Source: Gekko japonicus | Taxonomy: Eukaryota | Reading direction: 5' to 3' | DNA: 64,000 nucleotides | Assembly (NCBI RefSeq): GCF_001447785.1 | Contig: NW_015165831.1 | Location: 1,426,064 to 1,490,063 of the forward strand | Shown here: positions 46,713 through 58,700 of the stretch, one piece after another | How the letters are laid out: each line of letters opens with the position of its first letter | Numbering within the stretch: position 1 is the first letter of the stretch | Made by a program: the position numbers and the translations under genes | Notes under the pieces: model-generated | The model's database searches: none | Seen by the model: the letters and a program-made list of their open reading frames with translations, nothing else | What the model was told of the DNA's origin: nothing

Positions 46713-49700
46713 CTGGATGGAGGACAGACAGCAGAGGTGAAATGTACATGGGGCTGCCCTCATCTCAGATCCGGAAGCTGCAGCTAGTGCAAAATGCGGC
46801 GGCCAGGCTGCTAATAGCGTACCGGATCCGTTTCAAGGTGCTGGTTCTGACCTTTGAAGCCATATATGGTCAGGGGCCTGCCTACGTGACGGACCGTCTT
46901 TCCCCACATATGCCCCAGAGAGCACTGAGGTCAGGAACACAGAATCGCCTGACTCTTCCTGGCCCAAGAGACGTCAAGTTGGCTGCCACTAGAGCCAGGG
47001 CCTTTTCAGTGGTGGCTCCACACTGGTGGAACGAGCTAACGGATAACATCAGGGCCCTGTGGGACCTTTTACAGTTCCGCAGGGCCTGCAAAATGAAGCT
47101 CTTCCACCAGGCTTTTGATTAGGGGCCGCCGCTAATGATGTTGTTAGCCGCCTTGAGCCAACCCTGTGGCAAGGCGGGATAAAAATGGAAATAAATAAAT
47201 ACAAGCAAATCTCTGAAACATCCAACATTTTCAGACTTAAAAAAAAAAAGAGTCCTATGGCACCTTAAAGACTTAGCATTATTGTGGCGGAGACTTTCAT
47301 GGACTAAAGGTAAAGGTTCCCTTGCTCGAAAGCCAGTCGAATCCGACTCTAGGGTTGCGGTGCTCATCTCCGTTTCAAAGCCGAAGAGCCAGCGCTGTCC
47401 GAAGACGTTTCCGTGGTCATGTGGCCAGCATGACTAAACACCAAGGCGCACGGAACGCTGTTACCTTCCCACCGAAGTAGTACCTATTTATCTACTTGCA
47501 ATTTCTTGCTTTCGAACTGCTAGATTGGCAGGAGCTGGAACTAGAGATGGGAGCTCACTCCATCATGCGGCACCCGGGTCTCAAACTGCTGAACTAGTGA
47601 TCTTCCACAGCCTGCAGTTCAGCGTCTTAACCACTTGAGCCACCGACTAAAGCTGGTACATAAAATGCATGAATTGTCTTCTCAGTCAACAGCTAACACA
47701 GACATACACATACATGTCTACAGAGGAAAAAATGTGAATGCTGGATTTAAAAAGACAGGATGCATAAGATACAATCCATTCAAGGTAAGCACACACAGTG
47801 ACCATTCATGACAATTGGTTAGTTGGGTGGTCCTCAACCCATCGGTTTGCATCCTAAGGTGGGTTAAAGCACCCCACCTAATGGATTCCAAACACACCCA
47901 AGAGCTCTATTTTCCACCACTTTTTGGAGCAGGGCTGTCAATTCTGGGTTGGGAAATTCCTAGAGATCTGGGGGTGGAACCTGAGGAGGGTGGTGCTTGA
48001 GGAGCGGAGGGACCTCGATGGGGATGTGATAGCAAAGAGTCAACCTCTGAAGCTCCCGTCCTCTGCAGAGGAACTGATCTCCGTCATCTGGAGACCAGCT
48101 GTAATTCCAAGAGAACTGTCTCCATCCGAAGGTGGACCAACTAGGGTTCCCAGGTCCGAATGCTGTGGCGGAGGGGGGGAGGGGACTTTCTGGGAGTGGG
48201 GGCAAAGTGCCGCAACATGCTGACGTCATGCGGAAGTGGCATCAGCATGTCAGGGACACTGCACGGCAACGCTCTTGTTTTCGTGCAAAACTCTATGGTA
48301 AGATCAGCCGCGAATCAGAGTTCTGCCCCAAAAAAGAGTGTTGCCATGCGACATCATCCACATCACTTCTGTTGGTCAGCAATGGGCAGAAGCCCAAAAA
48401 AACAGGGGATCCCCTGCTCCCAGCTGGGGAATGGCAACCCTATTTTGGAAGGATCTGTGCGTGGACAGACAATAAGGGTTCCACGCCTCTAGGAAGAGCA
48501 GTGGGATGGCAAGGCCAGGTCACTCAGCACTGGAGAAGGCTCCTCCGTAACACAGGCAGGTCCAGAGACTCTGGCTGTCACATGACTGATGCTTGCGACT
48601 TTCTGCCATACCCTTGCAGCTCATGGGGTCCCATGCTGCTGCCTGCGGTTAAACATGGGTACTGACTCTGGAAAGATTGAACACCACCGCCTTCGTCGAC
48701 TATGACAGCAAACCTAAGAAGGCCTATTCAGGATCCTAATCAAGTGTCCAGTGGTGATTTACTGTGATGGACAGAAGGCTGGCCCGCCCCTGAAGGGGAA
48801 AACAGCCACTCGCTTGAGCCTATGGGGGTGCTGCTCCAGCATCCAATCACCTTTGAGATGGAGGATGGAATACTGGAGGGAGACACAGCAGCAGTTGAGT
48901 TCTGCCTCGGGGAGAGCAGGGAGAGCGCAGGTCTGGCTCAGGAAAAGAGCAGGCAGAGTGAAGGGTAGCTCTGCTTGGTAGTGTGGCAAAATTACTTCCA
49001 GGAAAGTGTCCTTAAAACTGCACTGTATGTCTGTCGTACTCCTGCCAACTGACAATCCAATTTTTGCATCTGATGAAGTGGACTCTGACCCATGAAAACT
49101 GATGCCACAATAAACCCCCACTCTGATATGGAAGCCCACTGGGTGACCTTGGGCCAGTCACACTCTCTCTCAGTCTAACCTCTCTCACTAAGGTTGTTGG
49201 GAGGATAAAATGGAGGAGAGGAGAATGATGTAAGCTGCTTTGGCTCCCCACTGGGCATAAAGGAGGGGTACAGCTGAAGCAAATAAATCTGTCATCCTTT
49301 AAGGACACTCCAGCACCTGTTGGCTTCAGTAGGGCTGGCCCTGCTCCTTCATGCCCCTGCAGAGAAGCCCTGTCTGTGTGCATTTATGTTCCCAAATTGT
49401 ACAAACAAAGAATAAGATGAGCTCAAGGCAGATGTGCCCTGGCTGCATTCTCACCTTGTTGAACTCCACAGGGCTGAAGATATCGATGCGTTCTGAGAAC
49501 AGCTTCTGGATATTACTCAGCAGGTTGGTATCCATGGGGGCACTTAGGGGCGAGAACAGAAAGAATTAATTTATCTAATAGCCATTCACCTGGTTGCCTG
49601 GAGAGAGCAAAGGATCACCTCCAGGTGACCAAGCAGAGACACTCTTGGTAAATGTATCAGCTCCCGTGTGGGGAGGCATGTGAACAATCATATTCTCTAT

Positions 49701-52700
49701 ATTTAAATGTCTCCTCTTTTGCCATAAGGAAAAACAGAAACCTCTGGTGTCTACTCTGACACAGTGTTCTGGAATTAATTAAGATCAGGTAAAATGGCCA
49801 GAGATGAAGGCAGATCTAGGGAGGAAGACCCAATAGCTGCAGGCCCAATCGGAGCTGATGGAGGGGGACCTGCTGGCATCCCACACACACAAGGAAGGTC
49901 AGAGAATTCCCACCTGCCCCACTCACCTGGGTGTGTAGCTGGGCGCATAGCGACTCTGCTGCCGGGAGCTGCTGTACACGGAAAAGGTCCTTTTGCTGGA
50001 GTCGCTGCTCTGCGCTTTACGCACACCTTCCTCATACAGAAGCCCGACCTGAGGTAGGAGGCAAAGTTGGGGAGATGAGAGAAGGGACTCGATAAGGCAG
50101 ACTAGTATCTGGTTGCATCAGGTCTCTGGAACAAGCCCTGCCGGGTCTTGAGGCTTCCTGATCCGGAGACTGGCTGTGGCTACTCAGTGGCAAGGGCACA
50201 CACTTTGCACAAGCTCAGAGTAGAGATGTGAAGGCCTGGAAAACCCCCCAGAAAAATCCTTTTTTCAATTTTTCCAATGCAAAAATTGGAGATTTTGGGA
50301 AGAACTAGAGGGAAAAAACCCTATGAAATATTTTCTTTTTTTCAAATGAGTTAAATGCTTTTAAAGTCATGGTCTTAAATACGAGAGGCATTTTTGCACC
50401 TAGAAGGATACCGAATCTTATGGGAGGAGCATGCAGGGCTTTCATCGCTTCCCAACAGTTGTGTGCCTGCTGTCCTTTTGACCTCTCTCTCAAACTACTG
50501 GGACACATTTACCTGCAGACAGGGTTAAAAGTAGCTTATTACCCCACCTTGCAGGAGGAAGAAAAAAGACCACAGGGAGGAGGGACAGAAACTGCACCAA
50601 AGTGACAGGGGAAGGCTGAAAGTTTCACTGAGAACTGAGCTCTCTAACCAGACAGCAAAAATTAAGGCACATGTGCTAAGATAGCATAGGGTGCATCACC
50701 TTGCAGTTTTCTCTCAGCTACTGGGTATATTCTTGGTTTAGTCGTATTTGGTCTTAGTTTGTTGTGGCAAAGGTTACCATTGGCACTATGCAACCATACT
50801 CTGAGAAAGCTTACAATAATTTTGTGGCAACCTGGTTTTTTGTCTGAACAGGATATCATTCCGATCAACCCAATTTACAAAGATATGATTTTCTTCTAGT
50901 TTTTGTTTGGCTATCTATTTTCTTTTCTTTGTTGAAGACTGACTGTTTTGATGTTCTAATTGGTTTACATGTATTTGGATGGGCTAGTGCGCTGTTTTTC
51001 TTTTTTTTTTTTGAATATTTTATTTTAGTTTTTTAAGACATATACAAATCAGACATTAACTGCATTGAATATTCCATCATTTAGGAGCATCTTATCTATA
51101 GATATCTAACCATCTATCTAGTTTCTGCCATCTATTTTTGAACACAGTATCAAGTTTTCCTGCAAGTAACATGTTTACTTTATCCATTTCCTTTAGATCT
51201 ATAATTTTTATAATTAATTCTTCTCTACTTGGCATTCTGTCAGATTTCCAGCATTTGGCTACAGCTATCCTGGCATTTGCCAGGATGCCAGAAATGCTAG
51301 TGCGCTGTTTTTCTTGTATGGAGTTCATATAATAAATGAGTAATTAAAAAAAAAAAGCCATTGGGTATATTTGAAATTTTGTTTGTAACACACTAAGGCA
51401 TTTATAACTTTTAAATTCTACAAATATATCAAATACTGCAATTTTATATGCTGGTAAGATAAATGATGTGTTTAATGTTGTTCAAGCAGTAAAATTAGTT
51501 TTGGTCTGATATATTATTTTCCCCAAAATGTCTGTCTTCTCCCCCAACTCCCCCTCCATTTTTTCCTGTGGCTTCAAAACTTCTGGAAATGTTACATCTC
51601 TAGCTCAGAGGGACTTGGGAGGGTGAAACAAGTGGGACTCCTCCACAGCCCACCGCTTCCCACTGCTACCACTATATGAACAACAGAAGGACCTCCTCCT
51701 CCCAGACCAACTTGCCCACTACTTAAGGCCTTCTTGAGAGGCTGCTGGCCTCTTTCAATTGGGGCCCCTTGCTTATGAACTACCTTCTCCAGACAGATAG
51801 TCGAGATGCTAACACTGCTCCCACTTCCTATGCCAGGCTGACTTTGTTATTTTCAGCCCTGCTGTTGTAACCAGGTTTTTGGGTAGAGGTAATAAAGATA
51901 TGTAAGAAGAAGAAGAAGAGATTGGATTTATACCCCGCCTTTCACTCGGAGTCTCAGAGTGGCTTACAAACTCCTTTCCCTCCCCCTCCCCACAACAGAC
52001 ACCCTGTTGAGGTAGGTGGGGCTGAGAGAGCTCTGACACAAACTGCTCTTTTTTCAAGAACAGCTCTGACAGAACTATGGCTTGCCCAGGGTCATCCAGA
52101 AACTACAAGTGGAGGAGTGGGGAATCAAGCCCGGTTCTCCCAGATTAGAGTCCACACGCTTAACCACTACACCAAACTGTAAAAAGAGAAGGGGGATGCC
52201 AAATATTGTATATAATATTATATACAATGTGACTTAGGTGCAGAAGTTCTTAAGAACATAAGAACATAAGAGATGCCACTGTTGGATCAGGCCAAAGGCC
52301 CATCCAGTCCAACACTCTGTATCACACAGTGGCCAGAAATACCAGTGCCATCAGGAGGTCCATCAGTGGGGCCAGGACATTAGAAGCCATCCCACTGTTG
52401 ACCCCCCCAAGCACCAAGATGACAGAGCAGAGCATCACTTGCCCCAGAGTCCCTATCTTTACCTTGTGGCTAATAGCCACTGATGGACCTCTGCTCCATA
52501 TGCTTATCTAATTCCCTTTTGAAGCCGTCCATGCTTGTAGCTGCCACCACTTCCTTACATACTTACGTGTTGATTTTATGGAGCAGAGATCCACCAGTGG
52601 CTATTAGTCACAAGGTATAGATAGGAACTCCTCTCAGTCTGGGGCAGGTGATGCTCTGTATTCTTGGTGCTTGGGGGGGGGGAACAGTGGGAAGGCTTCT

Positions 52701-55700
52701 AGTGTCTTGGCCCCACTGCTGGACCTCCTGATGGCACCTGGTATTTTTGCCCACTGTGTGACAGAGTGTTGGACTGGATGGGCCATTGGCCTGATCCAAC
52801 AGTGGCTTCTCTTATTTTCTTATGTCCCCTTCCAAAGGGAACTTGCAATAAGAAAAATCATCCCTTACCAACTCAGAGACCACAGACTGCCTCTGGATGC
52901 CTGGGATGGGGGGGGGGGGGCAAAGGCACTGCTTCCAAGGTTCCATTACTTTGGACAAGTTCTCTCTTGTTTCAGGAAACCTACAAAGTGGGGAAACTCC
53001 GCAGCAAACTTCACCCTCTATCCCTGCCCCCATGGGAGGACTTTGCCCTGCCCATTCTTTCCACAAGACTTTAGCGGTTGAGGTTTGTGTGTTTTGTTTC
53101 TTTGCCATTTTATCAAATGTTATGAGTGCTTTTATTGACTGCTGTATGCTGCTTAACTCTGTTTTTTTAAAATTTCTGGTGGCTCCTGCTGCTCTTATTG
53201 GGGAAAGTGTGGGACCCCTTTTCACTGGTGGTTGCACCTAGGAATGAAGTCCCTCTTCAGCACTCCCTGGGAGTCTGGAGGGAAGAGGCCATCGATTGTG
53301 GGGCTTCTTGGCAAGGTAAGCTTGCTTCCATGGGAGTCTAAAGAAGCCTCTTGTCTCCTCAACTGCAATGCTCAGAGAATGTACACCTACGACTCCATAT
53401 CTTGGCTTCACTTTGAATGGTATTGGTATCGGATCTTTTTGGGTTGCTTGCCTGAATGACACTTCAGAGTCCTTAAAAGAGGGAAGCCGGCACATGACTA
53501 CTTAAAACAAAAATAAGTTAAAAATACATGCCACTGCCCCCCCCCAGTGAACGAAACCCAGCTCCCCCCCCCACCTGCACATCGATGGAGGTGGCATCCT
53601 CAACCACACGCTTCATGACGGCACGGACGTTGCGCGGCTCAATGGTTGTGATCCAGTCGCGGGTCTCCACGCTCTTGCGCAGCATCTGGGAGATGATCAG
53701 GCCCTGCACCTTGACGTAATGGTTCCGCAGCTTCTGGGCGGCTTCACGGGCTTCAGCACACAGGCCCGTCACTGGGGTCACGGGGGAGTGGTCCTGGGGA
53801 GGGCGAAGAAGTACAAAAAAGCCCCATCCTAAGTAATAAGAAATATGCAGGTGTGTGGCCCTTGCTTTTCTTGCAATGTCTTATACCCTGTGAGCCCCCT
53901 TCTGTATTGCGTTTAGAACTCGGTTCTGAGGAGAAGAGAATAGAAAGAGCCTTCCCTGACACATGATGATTTATGAGTTACACCCTCCCAGTTCCGTGAC
54001 AACTTATCCCACACCCTCCCCACCCCTACATTTGAAATTCTGAAAAGTGGCAAACAGATTTAGTGAATACATGGGGGAGGGGGGATACCTGCACTAGGAA
54101 TTGCTCATCAGTCAGTGTGAGGATGTAGCTGATGGTGGAGGTCTCATAGTCCAGGCAGAGGCGGGAGAGAAGCAGCAGCAGTGCAGGGGGCGTAGACCCA
54201 CCCTTGTCCCCCGCGCTCTCACAGAACTGCCGCGCCGTCTGGCAGATCGACTTGATGAAACTGACAATGAGGCCTTCGCGGACACCTTGGCTGCAGAATT
54301 CCCCCTAGGAGCACGAGGAGGTGAAGGCCAGTTGGTGAAGTGAACACAGAAAGCTTGAAAGCTGCTGGTCAGCAACTCAAGGGTAACTGAGCAAGGGCTG
54401 ATGGGGGCCACTGTCTTGCTCCCACCTGAGCTGAGTCAAGAGTCTTCAACTATCTCCACTGTGAACAGGGAAGACAGGCTCTAGCAGAATTCCTTCCTTA
54501 TTATGTGCCTGAACACACAGAACCTCTCTTACAATGAACCAGGCCAAGGTTCAAATTGTTTTCTTAAACTGGCAATGGCTCCTCAATGTCTCAAGCTGAG
54601 GTGTGTGGTGTTTTTTTAACTGGAGGTGCCCAGAATGGAACCTGGGACCTTCTGCATGCAAAGCAGAGACTCTTCCACTGAGCCACACAGCCCCGTGCCT
54701 CAATGTGCTATGTAACTCCTCCTTGCCTTGGCTCATGCAAAGGAAAAAACAGAAAAAAGCCTTAATGGGAGGCTTGCTGCAAAGCCTTTGGCTGCTGTTC
54801 ACATGGAGGAAGAAGGGTCTGAAGAGTCCTTGCGGACCTGACTCGTGACAAAGCAGATGAATCACAAAGAGAGTGTCCTAAGCAAGGAGGGACCAAGAGG
54901 ATGCATCTGCAGGCAAGTTGAGCCTTTAGACCTCCAGGTGCCTGTCTCTACCGTAAGCTGAGCTGGCAGATGTTTGGCACACCTGGCTCTCGCTAGGCAA
55001 GGAGGCAGGGGTGGTTTTCCTGAAGCAGTTAACCCCAAATCACAGAACTCCATCCTAATGGAGGTTTTCCACTGAACCTTGGCCCCTCCCATAAAAGGGG
55101 CAGCACATATCAGAGGTCGCCCTTTTCTATTTGGGAGGGTCAAAATGAAAGCTGCAGAGCACGTATTTGTACATATCTACGAATATTTTAATTTATTGTT
55201 ACCTTCTTGGGTTTCTCTGGGCCACTGCAACACTAAATACACAGTTTGGTGTAGTGGTTAAGTGCGCGGACTCTAATCTGGGAGAACTGGGTTTGATTCT
55301 CCGCTCCTCCACCTACCTCACAGGGTGTCTGTTGTGGGGAGGGGAAGGGAAAGGAGTCTGTAAGCCGCTCTGAGACTCCGAGTGAAGGGCAGGATATAAA
55401 TCCAATCTCTTCTTCTTCTATAAGAAAACACTTTTCAATTTGTTTTACCTTGAAATAAGGCTTATTGGAGAAAGTGATGTCCTTGGCAGTGAAGAGGTGG
55501 ACGTAGGTGAGCACCGACTTGATCTGGTTCAGGATGGAAGCCGAGATGGTGCTCAGGAGTTCCGCCAGGTTGGGGCTGTCCTTGCCCATGAGACGGGGGG
55601 CCGCCAGGGACTGGCGCACGTCTGTCAGGCAATCCATGTAGAAGCTCTGCAGGGCCTGGAGGTACTGGCGGATCCGCTCCTTGGCTGCGCGCACCACAAT

Positions 55701-58700
55701 CTCCGTGCCTTCGGCTGCTGCCTGAGAGGCCGGCAAGAGCCTGGCCAAGGCCTGCAGGCGCCGGTGGAAGCGGTCCAGGGCCCGCACCAGCAGTGAGTTG
55801 TCCCCCACGCCTCTCTCCAGCTGGATGCGCCGCTCCACCAGGGCAAAGTAGCGCTCCATCAGGCTGTCCACGAAGGCCACCAGCTTGTCATGGGCCATGC
55901 GGGCAATTCCTTCGGCGCCCTCCCGGCTGACAAACAGCTCCTGGTACGAGGCGATCACCAAGCACATGTTGCTGACAAAGCTGTTGCAGCCGCGGTCGGT
56001 GAACTCGAGGATGTCAGTGGCTGGACCGGAGATACTCTGGGGCTGCCCCTCCCCCAGCTCAGCCTCCAGGGCCCGAAGTTCAGCCTCTAGACGAGAGCGG
56101 GCATGAGAGAGGAATTCGTCGCATAGCTCCTCCGCCGGCTCACCCAGTTGCAGCAGAAGCTCCACGCACTCAGCTAAGTCCTTGGCACCGGAGCCCCCAT
56201 CCCTGAGGAGAAAGGACGGACTCTTAGGGCCTACCTCTGCTACAGTGGATTTAGTAGTTGCACCCTCTCCACATGGAACACTGGGAATAGCAGTTCTGTA
56301 AGGGGCTCTGACCAGACTACAGTTCCCAGGATTCCTTTGGGGAAGGTGTCCAGGTTCATGATTCCAACCATTTCCTGGCAGACGATTCCTCAAGTAGGGC
56401 ATGACGGCAGTGACCCTTCCTTGTTGCTCTCCCCAGTGACTGCCATTTAGCGGCATACTCATTTTTGAAAATGGAGGTCATCTGGGGGTCTGTCTCCTGA
56501 GTTTAAAGTCTCTTGCTTTATTTCCAGAAATAAGAATATTTGCAGAAGTTACATACTATTTTGCTGACTCTTCTGGCTCAGAGACTCTACCACTTTACCA
56601 TACCCAATAACACAGCCCTGTCCATGACTGCTGACCCCATGGGTTCCCTTGCAAGCAGGACCCAGATGCCTACTGTCCATTGTCATTGCCTACCTGAACT
56701 TCTCACGCAGCTTCTGAGCTAGGTCAGCCATGATCTTCTGGCAGTCATCCTGGATGCCTTGGAAGGAAGGCATGTGCCGGTACTGGTGGAGGATGGAGTG
56801 CGCTTTGCTGTAGTAGCGAACAGCCTGCGCGTAGGCTTCAAGCTCCACACACTTAGTCAGGCGGGCAGGCAGCTCGAAAAGGAACTGCAGCTTGCGCAGG
56901 AGTGCGTGCACACCTAGTGGGAGAAGAGAGGAGGGCGAGTCAGATCAGAGCACATCCATGGCCGGCCCATGATGAGAGTTCTCTCCTGACTTCCAGTGAC
57001 GAACAAGTTCTAATGCATAAGCTCCACTGAAATGAACAGGAAATGCACCAGACCTCTTGCGCATCCTTTCACTCCAATGGGGCTTGAGCAGGAGAATGTC
57101 CCCCAGTGAACTGTGCCACGTGGGTCTGATCTACATCTTTCCCCATCTGCCTATTCTCTGCTGCTTCTCAACGAGGCCATCGATGGCCTCCCAACCGAGA
57201 TACCGAGTCAAGTTCATGCCTGCACAGCCTCAGGAACACTGCAACAGCTGTTATGTCCTGAACAAGGTCCTTGCAAAACCCACAGGTAACAGCAACAGAA
57301 GGGGAGGGTAACAGAGTGCATGCTCCCGAGGCTGGCTCCAGATCTGTAAGCCATGCTTTACAGCAAGCCAGTGATTCTGTATGCGGCTATCAAAGACAAG
57401 GCAAAACCAAATGTCTTTCAAAACAGAGGGTACTAATAAATACATGCCTTCCTGAAATCCCCCATGTATGCCCGCTATGAGTGCCAGAATGGAAGAAAGT
57501 TAAAATAAAAATGCCCATGTGTCTAATGCATAAATTTATCCCATTTGTAGAATTTTAGTTCTTTGGTCCATCTTTAAATCCCAGCAGCTGAACAGCACCT
57601 CTGCTCATAGACATCCATTCGCGGAGTCAATAGGCTTCCCACAAGGCCCTGTACTTAGATGCCAGGACCTAGTGCTCTCCTTCCCCATCAGTGGCCACCA
57701 AAGAAACACCATTCCTACCTGACAATTTGGTGATCTGCTCATGCTGATCCTGTAAGGTGCTACTGATACTGGCGCTGAACTCAGTGATCACAGCCATGTT
57801 GGCTGCCAAGCAGTCCATCTCGTCCTCCATCTTCTTGAAGTCATTCTTCATCTTCCGGATGGTGTCTGAACAGCAGACAAAGCGGGAGGGACTCAGGCTC
57901 CCAATGAGCACATACTTCAGAGCTGAAGGGCTCCCTGTATGTGGCCATGGGCCAGCCAAACCTCTATCGGCATCTGGTCCCTGTCTTTAAAATGAGATGT
58001 TCTGTACCTGACTTTTTTCCAGAGTTGGTAGAAAGCTAAATATAGAGACAGATGTAAAGAATCATAGAATCATCGAGTTGGAAGGGACCTCCAGGGCCAT
58101 CTAGTCCAACCCCCTGCACAAGGCAGGAAACTCACCAATACCTCCCCCTCCACACGCACAGTGACCACTGTTCCACGCCCAGAAGATGACAAAAAACCTC
58201 CAGGATCCCTGGGCCAAACCGGCCTGGGGGAAAAATTGCTTCCTGACCCCAAAGTGGCAATCAGCATTTCCCTGGGCATGTAAGAAAGGGCCACAAGAAA
58301 AGGTCTTTATAAACTTTTTAATGAGCTGTTATAAAACGAGGCAATGGCCACTGGCTTACTTGACTTTAAAGGGAGATCAGAGAAATTAATGGAGGAAAAG
58401 TCTACCAATAGCTATTAGCCATGGCAGACAAACTAAACCTCCAGGCTCAGAGGCAGTGTGCCACGGACTACCAGTAGCTGAGAGACAAGCAGTGGGGTAA
58501 AGCTGTTACATTCAGGCTCTGTTTGTGGGCTTTGTTGAAGAACCAGCTTGGCCACTGATGAAAGCATGACACTGAACTAGGTGGACCTTGAGACTGACTA
58601 GGTGGACCTTGAGACTGACCCACCTGGGCTCTTTTTATGCAAATGTAGAGACTAAAAAAATGATAAATGGGGAAGAAAAACAGACAGATCTTCTTCAGGG

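Noticed and set aside
55233-56462. 409-aa ORF as a standalone gene
   Set aside because: It is VPS51 exon 5 read through into intron and SINE sequence on both sides.
58576-58617. 21-bp tandem duplication in VPS51 intron 2
   Set aside because: Ordinary slippage duplication well away from splice sites.
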